Positions 40,574-49,741 of a stretch of 64,000 nt of DNA are shown one piece after another. The stretch spans positions 3,954-67,953 of the forward strand of contig JAOUMJ010000013.1 in assembly GCA_029881495.1 (NCBI GenBank), given 5' to 3'. The position numbers and the translations under genes are program-made. The stretch is from Nitrospinota bacterium. Its GTDB lineage: Bacteria > Nitrospinota_A > UBA7883 > JACRGQ01. A model generated the notes under the pieces. The model was given only the letters and a program-made list of their open reading frames with translations, was not told where the DNA came from and did no database searches. Numbering within the stretch: position 1 is the first letter of the stretch; each line of letters opens with the position of its first letter.

Positions 40574-40631
40574 TCATGGCAGTCTCGCAGAGAGAGGGGG
40601 AAACATCAAGGCATTTGGGGAGCGAAGAGGA

Positions 40632-42995
40632 TTATTGCGGGGAGGTAGCGGCCGGGTCGGCGCTCCACGAACCTGATCGAACTCTTCCCCCTTTGACGTA
40701 GTGAACCGAATCGTTCACGATTACTGCCCTGCTGTTGCCATCCAGCCAGTCATAAGTCTCAGTTGCGCTCCGCTCCTTTACGATCATTTTCCCCTTTAGG
40801 TCTATTTTTCCGAGGTTGGTAGGCGGATTCAGGTCGAAAAGGTAAAGTCCCGTATGCGTCCATTCGTAGTAGGCGAATGGTTCGTTGGCGTCAAACCACT
40901 CGCTGTATGTGGGAGTTGTGTCATGCAGAAGGATGTTTATCGCAAGCCTTGCCGGCTTGGCTTCAGTCGCCGGGAGATAGGTGATCGCCTTGTGGTCCAT
41001 TAGAGCGTCCGAGGAGGTGCCCCGCTTGCCGATAATATAGCTATCGGATTCCGTCGGATTTTCCGGGTTGGTAATATCAAAGAGTGAGAGTTTGACCCCT
41101 TGGTACCACGCCCCTCGTCCGTCTCCCCAGCTTGAGGAGGTATCGGGCACGGTATCCTTCCCAATGCCGAGGAGAAGGTTCTCGTTCACGAGGTGAAGGT
41201 AATCCGAGTAGCCGTCAATTTGAAGTTCCCCGGCGATATAGGGGTCGACGGGGTTCGAGAGGTCGAGAATATAGAGCGGGTCGGTGACTTTGAAGGTTAC
41301 CAGGAAACCCCGCTCCCCCATGAATCGCGCAGAGTAGAGCCGCTCACCTGGTTTTCCTATTGCTCCGGGACGGCCGGTGTTTGGTAGGCGTGAAATCTCC
41401 TTTAACACGGAGATTCCGCTCTCCATCGACTCTCCCAATACCGTTAGTCGGGTTGTTGAAGTATTGTTCCAGGTATCTCCAAGCGAGGTCACTATTCTCA
41501 GGTAGCCGTTATGCTCCCCCATGCGGAACGATTTTTTATCCTGCTCCCAGCCGAGATGCCCATCCACAATCCCCGAACAGCAGTAGGAAGGGAGCGAATT
41601 ACCAAGTGAGAACTTGTGCAAGTCGGTGTAAACCATCGGCTCGGTATAGGTGACCATCTCGACGCTTTTGGAGGTGCCGGATGAAGCGTCCAGCATGACA
41701 GAGGTTGAAGCAACGTTATAGTTATATCGTGTGGTCGCTAGGTATAGAGAGGTTTGGGAGACGTAAACCGTTTCCGATTGGCCTATGATACAGCTTGACC
41801 TTGGGGTGTCGGGTAGCGCGAGGTTTATTGCCGTCACAGTTATTACTGTCTGAGTGGTAATTTCATCGTTTGGGGTAGGGGGGAGGTAGCAATCCTCGGC
41901 ATCGGTAAGAGGTCCCGCATCAGCTCCATCTATCCTGTAACCGGGGAGGAGATCGGACAGTGTTGCCGCTTCAAGTAGCGCAGTGTTATTGTTCTTTTGC
42001 GCGTCGTCTGCAGGGTACATTTCATAACCGTCAATGCTCGGTGTGAATCGTGTAACAAGATAAAGAGTCTCCCCGATGCGTCTGCTCGAAATTACCTGTC
42101 CGTCGATAGAGATGTTTTTCAGGTTAGCGGGGGAGGCCGGATCACTCACATCAACAAGGTCGATGCTGGTAGTCGAATTCACCCCATACCAGGGATTGAA
42201 CCAGTAGCCGTAATCGAAATTGGAACCTGTTGCGATGATTGCCAGGAGGTCTGGCTTGTTTGCTCTTCCGGTAACCAGATAAAAATCGTTTATTCCATGG
42301 GAATTGTCCGTAATCGGTATTACGGATGTTTCGGTTGCGCCTGGTGTAGCCGTTGAAAGCTTCATCACCCTTATTTTATTTTTGTAGCTGTTAATGAAGG
42401 CGGAATCGTCGATTATAGATGTGGACGTTTCAGTTGAAGTAGAGGTTGATGTATCATTTGTGCTATCCGTGCTGGTTGTAGCGGTATCCGGGCTTACCGC
42501 ATCTGTTGCGGTTCCTCCGCTGCCAACTGCTTCATTGGTTGCGGGAGCAACGTCTGAAATTCCGATATCCCACCCGCTGTGGTACATGTAAGAATCAGGG
42601 ACAGCGATGTACAGGTAATCTCCATCTGTTTTTACGAGGTCGGCCTCGTCAACTCCGGCTTCCTGAAGATTTGTCGTCGAGAAGACAGTGGCAGACTGGG
42701 TCCCAGTACCCGCATCAGCGGCAGTGGCCGTGCCGTTTGTTTCCGGTACGCCGGTATCGAGAAAGTACCTCCCCTGGCTGGAATTATCGGTTGATCTTTT
42801 AATGCTCTCCTTCAGGTACTCCTCCAGTTTTGACGGTGTCTGGAAGCGGGCGAGGGAGGCCTTTGATCTCCTGTTCTCTATGAAGTCGGTAGCTTTAGGA
42901 TCGTCCGGCGGATTCCCCGATTTTATGGCGTCGCAACCGGCAAGAATGAAAGATAGAAGTATAAAAGTTCCTGAAAGGAATCCGGATTTCTTCAT
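40632..42995 (-). CDS. Large lipoprotein with Ser/Thr-rich low-complexity linker, function unknown
   Basis: Lipobox (LSFILAGC) after a signal peptide, and an S/T-rich tract (DTATTSTDSTNDTSTSTSTETSTS). The rest is beta-rich and 787 aa in total. Confidence 0.6.
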   Translation of the reverse strand: MKKSGFLSGTFILLSFILAGCDAIKSGNPPDDPKATDFIENRRSKASLARFQTPSKLEEYLKESIKRSTDNSSQGRYFLDTGVPETNGTATAADAGTGTQSATVFSTTNLQEAGVDEADLVKTDGDYLYIAVPDSYMYHSGWDIGISDVAPATNEAVGSGGTATDAVSPDTATTSTDSTNDTSTSTSTETSTSIIDDSAFINSYKNKIRVMKLSTATPGATETSVIPITDNSHGINDFYLVTGRANKPDLLAIIATGSNFDYGYWFNPWYGVNSTTSIDLVDVSDPASPANLKNISIDGQVISSRRIGETLYLVTRFTPSIDGYEMYPADDAQKNNNTALLEAATLSDLLPGYRIDGADAGPLTDAEDCYLPPTPNDEITTQTVITVTAINLALPDTPRSSCIIGQSETVYVSQTSLYLATTRYNYNVASTSVMLDASSGTSKSVEMVTYTEPMVYTDLHKFSLGNSLPSYCCSGIVDGHLGWEQDKKSFRMGEHNGYLRIVTSLGDTWNNTSTTRLTVLGESMESGISVLKEISRLPNTGRPGAIGKPGERLYSARFMGERGFLVTFKVTDPLYILDLSNPVDPYIAGELQIDGYSDYLHLVNENLLLGIGKDTVPDTSSSWGDGRGAWYQGVKLSLFDITNPENPTESDSYIIGKRGTSSDALMDHKAITYLPATEAKPARLAINILLHDTTPTYSEWFDANEPFAYYEWTHTGLYLFDLNPPTNLGKIDLKGKMIVKERSATETYDWLDGNSRAVIVNDSVHYVKGGRVRSGSWSADPAATSPQ

Positions 42996-43059
42996 AAAAA
43001 CATGTTAGCAGAAGATTTGATATTGATACAAATTGTTTGCAGGAGAGAAGGAGTACGGT

Positions 43060-44271
43060 TTACGTTGTGCTCAGGGCTTCCTTGGACCATTTCCTGAAAC
43101 CTTCGGCCAGCCCCATCATGAAGGTGAGCTGTGCCCACACAACCTCGGCGCCGAAATTGTATTCAAAGATACCCGCTATTGCGAGGTTAATGTAACAACC
43201 GAAAAGCCCTATGTATATCGCTCCGAGGTAGGGATTTCTTTCCTTTTCCTCCTTGAAAAGGGTCAGATACTTGCGCATGAAGTACACGAAGAGGAACAGC
43301 ATGATGAGGAGGCCGATCACCCCCCCTTCCGCAAGTTCCTGCAGGTAGAGGTTATGCGCGTGGGAAGGGTTGTGAATGATCCCCTCTGCCGAAAACTTCT
43401 TCAGGATAAAGGTTAACTGGTTGTATCCGACGCCGAAAAACGGGTTGTCCTTGAAGGTATCCCAGGCAATTTCCCAATATTTCAGCCGTGAGGCGAAATC
43501 CACCTCGAATATCCTCTCCATCCTGTTCCTGAAACCGGAAAAGGCAAAGAAATAAACTGCAAACAGGGTCGGGATAATCATTAAGGATGAGACGAAAAAT
43601 TTTCGTGATTTAAAGGGAGTTATCAGGATAACGGTGAGAGCGACGCTGAGGAAGTAGCTCCTCGATCCGGAATAAACCAGACCTGTCAGCAGGAGCGGGA
43701 GGTAATAGGCATACTCCTTTTTGTAAAAGATGGAGAGCGTCAGGCAGACCATGAATACAAGAGATATGTACCCCCCGTAATGGAGTGGATGCCCGAAATA
43801 CCCGATAAGCCTCTCTTCGAACATTTCAACCCAGAGCCTTTGGAAAATATACGGAGCGCCAAAATATTTCTGCAGGATCGCCCAGCATATAAGGAGGTTG
43901 TTGGTCATGAAGAGAGTATGAAGCGTCTTGTCGAGCACGTCCTTTGCAATAGAGAATCGTCCGATTAGTATGTACAGGAATTTATCCCATATTTCCCTTA
44001 TTTCAACGAAAAAGCTGAAGACGCCGTTTATCAGGACGGTAATCCCTTTCCAAGAGTAGACCAGGGCAAAAAGGGAGAAATCGACATCTATATTTTTCCA
44101 CTCTTTTGTCTTGTAGAGATCGTAAAGGAAGAGAATGGTGAAGATCGCGATTACCGCATTGATACCGGCTATGGAAATTGAGGATGTAAATGCTCCAAGG
44201 TAGAGGATATAGGGAATCACCCTCCCTAGATCAATTACCTTCAAGCGATTATCCATCGTAGTGTCATGCAT
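43060..44271 (-). CDS. O-antigen ligase (Wzy_C) family membrane protein (WaaL / O-oligosaccharyltransferase / EPS-ligase type)
   Basis: About 10-12 TM helices with one large periplasmic loop. The region containing NLYLQELAEGGVIGLLIMLF is typical of the Wzy_C domain. Confidence 0.6.
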   Translation of the reverse strand: MHDTTMDNRLKVIDLGRVIPYILYLGAFTSSISIAGINAVIAIFTILFLYDLYKTKEWKNIDVDFSLFALVYSWKGITVLINGVFSFFVEIREIWDKFLYILIGRFSIAKDVLDKTLHTLFMTNNLLICWAILQKYFGAPYIFQRLWVEMFEERLIGYFGHPLHYGGYISLVFMVCLTLSIFYKKEYAYYLPLLLTGLVYSGSRSYFLSVALTVILITPFKSRKFFVSSLMIIPTLFAVYFFAFSGFRNRMERIFEVDFASRLKYWEIAWDTFKDNPFFGVGYNQLTFILKKFSAEGIIHNPSHAHNLYLQELAEGGVIGLLIMLFLFVYFMRKYLTLFKEEKERNPYLGAIYIGLFGCYINLAIAGIFEYNFGAEVVWAQLTFMMGLAEGFRKWSKEALSTT

Positions 44272-44408
44272 TGCTTAATTCTATTAAAGTAAATCTGTTT
44301 CCAAATAATATAAGTAAAAAATCGGTTACTAACTTCAACCTTGAAACTATACCGTAATCCGGCAATTTATTGAAATAGTATTGGCGGTTAAATTATGAAA
44401 ATAACAGC

Positions 44409-45554
44409 TTAAAGCAGGCTACAGCATCTGCTACAGGCTGCCAAAGCCCCCTCCCGCTGGATCAGCTTCCGCCACTCCCTCATTTTAGGGCCGTTCCAAA
44501 GCTCTTTTATCGGTGTCTGGTTAATATTGCCGATTTGGAGGGGAAAACATCTCTGTGAGCCGGTGAGTTCGCCGTTTGCCAGAAGCTGTATTTCGGTCCA
44601 GAATACCCGGCACCTGTCGTTCCCGATGAATTTTTCAGGATGTCGATACCATTCGCCAAGCTCTTCTGAGCTCCTCAGGTAAGGTTTCCAGCGGATATTC
44701 AGGTCGATGCCGGCGTTTTCCACCCGTTCTATCTCTTCGGCGAGTTTTTTTATATCTACCTTGCCGGGATCGGATAATCCCGACGAGATCGCAGTTACTG
44801 GGTACATGCCATATTTTCGGTTATGTTCCTCAGCCTGTTTCTCCGTGATGAACTGCAGGTGGTGGAGCATAACTTCATCGATTGCTATCCCTGAGTCGGC
44901 AAGAAATCGTAGCAAGTCCAAAATCGACCCCTGGTTGGAGTGGAAGATGGTGCCAACCACATTTAACGAAGGCCTGGAAGAGCCGTTCTGGATCTTCAAT
45001 TCATGAAGTCTCCTTAGCCCGGCGACCGCTTTTTCGAAGCATCCCGGTATCCCTCGAATAGAGTCATGGATATCTCCCGGTCCATCAAGAGATACCCAAA
45101 CCGATCCTATACCGGCCTTAAACAGATCGTCTGCCAGCTTTGGGAGGAGTAGCCCGTTTGTGGTGATCTGCGTCTCCATCCCGAGGGATGTTGCCGCCAT
45201 GATCGCTTCCGGCAGTGGTTTCCAGAGTGTCGGTTCGACGCCGTTAAAGGCGATAAGCGGCTTTTCTACGGCAAGCTCCTCCATCAGCTCCTTTACCTTT
45301 GATAAAGAAAGCTCGTGGTTCCCGTCCCCTATCATGGTCTGGTAGAACATGCTGTCGGTGGCCTGGATCCCTACGTCACACTGGCTGCACCTTGCGTTAC
45401 ACCGGCTGTTTACATTGATAAAGAGCCGGAGGGGGGGGAGGCTGGCGCCGTTGGTAATATACCTGGAATTGGCCCATCTAAGACACCAGCTGATTATTTT
45501 CGAGGGGGTGACCTTTTTCTTCCTTAATTTGTAATAGATATTTCCAGGTCCCAT
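44409..45554 (-). CDS. Radical SAM protein with C-terminal SPASM/twitch-like cysteine cluster
   Basis: CNARCSQC is the CxxxCxxC radical SAM motif. The C-terminal IKELWNGPKMREWR...CSRCCS resembles a SPASM domain. Confidence 0.7.
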   Translation of the reverse strand: MGPGNIYYKLRKKKVTPSKIISWCLRWANSRYITNGASLPPLRLFINVNSRCNARCSQCDVGIQATDSMFYQTMIGDGNHELSLSKVKELMEELAVEKPLIAFNGVEPTLWKPLPEAIMAATSLGMETQITTNGLLLPKLADDLFKAGIGSVWVSLDGPGDIHDSIRGIPGCFEKAVAGLRRLHELKIQNGSSRPSLNVVGTIFHSNQGSILDLLRFLADSGIAIDEVMLHHLQFITEKQAEEHNRKYGMYPVTAISSGLSDPGKVDIKKLAEEIERVENAGIDLNIRWKPYLRSSEELGEWYRHPEKFIGNDRCRVFWTEIQLLANGELTGSQRCFPLQIGNINQTPIKELWNGPKMREWRKLIQREGALAACSRCCSLL

Positions 45555-45868
45555 ATAGACTTATAGTAATCTGTTCTTCTCTTCTGGTAAACACGACTTT
45601 CCTGAAAATGAGAATTCATTGGCAAAGGGGTAATATGTAATCGGCATGAGGAGAATGGCAACAAGAAGTATCCCTGAAAAACGAGAGGATGGCGCCTGGG
45701 GGGCGAGAAGCCGGTCTTTGGCAGGGTATCCGGCTCTGAGGCGAGAAAATTATGTACATCAAGGAATCTTTTTATGCTAAAATTCGCACTGTAATATTAA
45801 CGCGCCGGAGTTTCAGAGCATGGTGCTCATGTCCTCTATGGCCGAACCCTAGCCTAATAGGAGGTAAC

Positions 45869-46192
45869 ATGGGTAAAAAATTGTATGTAGGTAATCTTCC
45901 TTTCACGGTGAGTGATTCAGCTCTGGAAGCGGCTTTTGCCGAAGTCGGTGCTGTTGAATCCGCCAAGGTCATAACAGACCGCGATACAGGCAGAAGCAAA
46001 GGCTTCGGGTTTGTTGAAATGGGAAGCGACGAAGATGCGGCTAGCTGTATCGAGAAGCTGAACGGCTCAAACCTGGCCGGACGTGATATCACGGTTGCAG
46101 AGGCAAGACCTCAGGCTCCACGCGAAGGTCGCGGCGGCGGTAGAGGCGGCTTCGGCGGCGGCGGCGGTGGCGGTGGGAGAAACCGCTACTAA
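45869..46192 (+). CDS. RRM-type RNA-binding protein with Gly/Arg-rich tail
   Basis: KLYVGNLPF (RNP2) and KGFGFVEM (RNP1), then a GGGRGGFGGGGGGGGRNRY tail. GGAGG RBS. The ORF-track start at 45752 is an upstream extension. Confidence 0.8.
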   Translation: MGKKLYVGNLPFTVSDSALEAAFAEVGAVESAKVITDRDTGRSKGFGFVEMGSDEDAASCIEKLNGSNLAGRDITVAEARPQAPREGRGGGRGGFGGGGGGGGRNRY

Positions 46193-46389
46193 TAAAGTAG
46201 AGATTAAACGGTCTTGTCCTTTGGGATGCCGTTTTCCAGATTATGAAACTGCTAATATGAAATTCTATTCTTCCATGTTTCAGAAATGCGCCTTGCGTGC
46301 GATTTTTGAGAACTTTCAGAATATATAAATTACATATCCCCAAAATATATCAAATGTTGTCTTTAGCTATTTCAATAAAAGAAGTGGGT

Positions 46390-46496
46390 AAAACCGTTGT
46401 TATTGTTTCGGGACTAGCTGTTTCGTCCGAAAATCTGCCTTATTAACAGTTGCCCGGAAGCCAAACCGTTTTAATAACGGTTCTGGTTTCCGGGCC
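46390..46496 (+). promoter_or_regulatory. Repeated AAACCGTT-containing motifs with a perfect palindrome (AACCGTTttaataAACGGTT) upstream of the 46521 gene
   Basis: Two similar ~25-30-nt elements at 46390-46415 and 46463-46496, each AAACCGTT...GTTTC(C)GGG. The second contains the palindrome at 46464-46482. A candidate operator. Confidence 0.25.
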
Positions 46497-46520
46497 TGTT
46501 TTTGTGGAGAGGGGGGATAA

Positions 46521-48959
46521 ATGAAAGTTCCGTCGCAAAAGGAGCTTTTGAATTCGCCTCTTTTTGCGGTTGGTCTTATCTTCCTCGCAATAAACCTTAC
46601 TACCTCACATATCTTCTATGAAGTATCAGACTATAAAACTCTTCTAGCCCTTGCAGGCGCTGCTTTTCTGGTAGTCTGGTACGATATCATTCATAGAGAA
46701 AAAGATTCGGGTGAAGAGCCGTGGGAAATGTGGCTTATTCTATCGCTCCTCCCTTTGGCGACCATCCCGGGATACTTTGTCCAGGCAGGTCACTACAACT
46801 ACTTTCTGTTCATGGAGTTTTCCATAACCTTGGCTGTAATCGTCTATGCCGGATATATCTATAGAAATATAAAAGAAATGAATGATATCTCACCCCTTAT
46901 TTTCTTGATAGGGATAACTGTTATCTATGTGAGCCTTTGGGGGTTAATTGAGAATATTCTTGTCTCAAACGGCTTCGCCAGAATATTTTTTCAGAATAGA
47001 GTTCAATCAACATTCGGGAATCCAAATTATTTTGCCGGTTTCCTGAATCTGCTCTTGCCCATTTTCTTTGCCCTTTTTCTGGGATCGTTGTCATTGGCAA
47101 AAACGAATAACGTGCATATCAAACTCAAGTTTGATAGAAATAACGGCTTCTGGCTGGCTGTGCTCTTTTTTGGGTTGATGGGACTTTCCCTTACAGGCAC
47201 CAGAGCCGCTATCGCTGGTTGTTTCATCGGGATCATGTTCTCAGGGTTTCTTTATTCACTCTATGTTCTGGCAAAGCGGGAGCGTAGATCGGTATTTAAA
47301 ATCACATCGGTTGCTTTGATAGTGTTGGTTTTAACGGCAATCATCTTCTCGCTTATAGCAAATATAAATATAGAACATAACCGGTTCGCTAAATTGCTAA
47401 ATATTGAAACATGGACGCCTCGTTTGATTCCGTGGAAGGCGGCAGTCGATTCCATATCTGCCTCACCTTTATTCGGGTACGGGCTTGGTAGTTCTCATCA
47501 GCTTTACCAGGAGTTTGTTGATCCATCCGTAAGGATATATGTATCCTCCGTGGCATACGGCCATGTCCATTCCGAAATATTGGAATATATGCAGGAAGCG
47601 GGATTTTTTGGCTTGGTGACCTATCTTTTCGTATGGGGTTATATAATCGCAAAGCTTGTAAAGGTATTACGGTCATCAAAGCATAACGCCGGGGTGCGAA
47701 TATTGGCGATCGGGATATCTGGAGGATTCCTCGGCTATCACATACAAAGCCTTGCCTCTCTCGTGCCGCGGATGATGGTAGTAAAACTACCGCTGTTCAT
47801 GATGATCAGCATCGTCTTTACTCTAAAGAGGCTGTCAGTTAACGACGTCTCAAGGCAAAAAACAGCTGTTCAAACTGGCAAAAGTGCGGTTGCCCTGACT
47901 TCAATTGTTATGGTAACGGTTGCCTGTTTCACTTTTTTCCCCTGGGTTGTTACGCAATATCGTTATCAGGCAGCAATAGAAATGAGGTCGATCTCATCTC
48001 AAATCGAGGAATTGAGTAATTCGGTTGCCATAAAACCGGATATAAATTCACTGAACATGCTTGCGAAACTTCTTGTAGTAACCAGGGATGTGGAGAAGCT
48101 GGAAAAGACAGTGGCGATCATAGACCAGAGAGTTCCAGGCATGAGGAACTTGGGATTTATCAAGGCCTCCCTTGCTTTTATTGAAGGGGATCTTGAGAAA
48201 TCCAAACGTCTTGCGCTGGAATTTCAGGAAAAAGACAATTTCTTCGATCCAAGCATGGATTTGCTATTTCATCTGGCGGTTGATACAGGTGATGCCGACC
48301 TGTTTTATAGAGAGATGAATACCCTTGTAAGGAAGCATTTGCTGAAAAACAGATTGTTAGCTCCGCGTAGCCCGATACTTTTCAAAACTTCGGAGGGAGG
48401 TTATGCAAGCAGGGTTGTGTTTGAACAAAGCAGTGACGAGATGATAGTTATATGGGACAAGGCTTTTGTGGAAAGATTATTTCAGAAGGCAAGAAGGAAC
48501 TGGCTTGAAAAAATAGATGCCTCCCTGGAAAAGGAAGAGACTTTTGTTGAGTTATGGACATCGATTTCCGACAATGAATATTTCAAGCTGGCTGTTAAGG
48601 AGACTGCTGGTGAAAAAGAACTTGCAGTTATCAGGGAGGTTGAAGAAAGGTATTTTGAAAAAAATCGCGCGCGCGAACAAAAGCTGAAATATCTTGAGAT
48701 GGCTTTTGAAAATAGCATGAGCAATGGCAAAGACGACGATGAAGCATTTATCCGTGAGAAATACAGACAGGATATAAGAAAGGTAAATATCCAGTTTGCG
48801 GATGATCTGGAATCGTACGAAAAATATCTTTCAGAAAGAACTGATTGGCCTATCTACAAGGCCAAAGTTAAATTTATTAACAGTTTTGTGCTGGAACTTG
48901 TTGCGCATGTTCATATGGGGAGCAGTTTCTACCCAGTGGTTGGGTACACATCACCTTAA
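46521..48959 (+). CDS. Wzy_C (O-antigen ligase family) membrane domain fused to a ~400-aa C-terminal helical/TPR-like soluble domain
   Basis: The N-terminal ~450 aa are polytopic with a Wzy_C-like loop; the C-terminal half is hydrophilic and helix-rich. 812 aa in total. Confidence 0.55.
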   Translation: MKVPSQKELLNSPLFAVGLIFLAINLTTSHIFYEVSDYKTLLALAGAAFLVVWYDIIHREKDSGEEPWEMWLILSLLPLATIPGYFVQAGHYNYFLFMEFSITLAVIVYAGYIYRNIKEMNDISPLIFLIGITVIYVSLWGLIENILVSNGFARIFFQNRVQSTFGNPNYFAGFLNLLLPIFFALFLGSLSLAKTNNVHIKLKFDRNNGFWLAVLFFGLMGLSLTGTRAAIAGCFIGIMFSGFLYSLYVLAKRERRSVFKITSVALIVLVLTAIIFSLIANINIEHNRFAKLLNIETWTPRLIPWKAAVDSISASPLFGYGLGSSHQLYQEFVDPSVRIYVSSVAYGHVHSEILEYMQEAGFFGLVTYLFVWGYIIAKLVKVLRSSKHNAGVRILAIGISGGFLGYHIQSLASLVPRMMVVKLPLFMMISIVFTLKRLSVNDVSRQKTAVQTGKSAVALTSIVMVTVACFTFFPWVVTQYRYQAAIEMRSISSQIEELSNSVAIKPDINSLNMLAKLLVVTRDVEKLEKTVAIIDQRVPGMRNLGFIKASLAFIEGDLEKSKRLALEFQEKDNFFDPSMDLLFHLAVDTGDADLFYREMNTLVRKHLLKNRLLAPRSPILFKTSEGGYASRVVFEQSSDEMIVIWDKAFVERLFQKARRNWLEKIDASLEKEETFVELWTSISDNEYFKLAVKETAGEKELAVIREVEERYFEKNRAREQKLKYLEMAFENSMSNGKDDDEAFIREKYRQDIRKVNIQFADDLESYEKYLSERTDWPIYKAKVKFINSFVLELVAHVHMGSSFYPVVGYTSP

Positions 48960-49159
48960 TGCTTGTCAGGAAATACGGTTGCCTTGTATTTATTCACCAG
49001 TTGTCAGAATTATCACTTGAAAATATGATTACCTTGTGGTAGCATCACCACGTCGTAAATAAAGCGGGATGCATACGATATTTACCTAAATATTGTTTGC
49101 GCCTGCATTGCAAAAAGCCGGGCAACGTCGAGGTTATTGAAATATCTGGGGAGGTATCT

Positions 49160-49732
49160 ATGGACTGGAAGGAAATCGGTAAATCGCTTGTTTCGCAGGG
49201 TGTTCCGTTGCTAGGAGGCATACTTGGAGGGCCTGCCGGCGCTGTCGCAGGAAAGATGGTCGCGGGCATTTTCGATTCAAACCCGAGCAATCCCGAGGAA
49301 CTGTTGAACGCGATACAATCTGATCCCGAAGCAATCACAAAACTGCGAGAATTTGAAATGACGCACAAACAGAAACTGCAGGAACTTCAGCTTGAGGAGA
49401 CGAAGGCATTTTTAGCGGATATGGATTCGGCGCGTTCACGTGAAGTCGCTCTCGCAAAAGCGACCGGCAAGGGGAACAATCATCTTTATGTGATGGCATA
49501 TATTGTCCTTGGAAGTTTTTTTGGCATAGCTGGGTATCTTTTTTACAAAGTCATCTTTATTAGCAGTGATCCATCGATTGACAAGGGGGTTATGGAGAAG
49601 CTGAACAACAATCCCATATTAATGATTATTATAGGCGCGCTAATATCCGGCTTCACGCAGGTGCTATCATATTTCTTTGGAAGCTCGAAAGGTTCATCGG
49701 ATAAAAACTCTATGATGCAGTCAAAAGGCTAG
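49160..49732 (+). CDS. Holin-like protein (3-TM holin for gene-transfer release, GTA-holin-like architecture)
   Basis: Gly-rich N-terminus (LLGGILGGPAGAVAGKMVAG), a conserved-looking EETKAFLADMDSARSRE block and two or three C-terminal TM segments. Strong GGGGAGG RBS. The ORF-track start at 49097 is an upstream extension. Confidence 0.45.
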   Translation: MDWKEIGKSLVSQGVPLLGGILGGPAGAVAGKMVAGIFDSNPSNPEELLNAIQSDPEAITKLREFEMTHKQKLQELQLEETKAFLADMDSARSREVALAKATGKGNNHLYVMAYIVLGSFFGIAGYLFYKVIFISSDPSIDKGVMEKLNNNPILMIIIGALISGFTQVLSYFFGSSKGSSDKNSMMQSKG

Positions 49733-49741
49733 ACACGCCCA

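Noticed and set aside
45555-45868. ~46-codon basic ORF (MRRMATRSIPEKREDGAWGARSRSLAGYPALRRENYVHQGIFLC) as a possible radical-SAM precursor peptide
   Set aside because: It is on the opposite strand to the radical SAM gene, has no RBS and arginine-rich low-complexity composition. It is more likely the 5' leader of the RRM gene.
46130-46185. GGC/GGT triplet run resembling a simple-sequence repeat
   Set aside because: It encodes the Gly-rich tail of the RRM protein, a normal feature of this protein class, rather than a non-coding contingency locus. Slippage cannot be excluded but is unnecessary to explain it.
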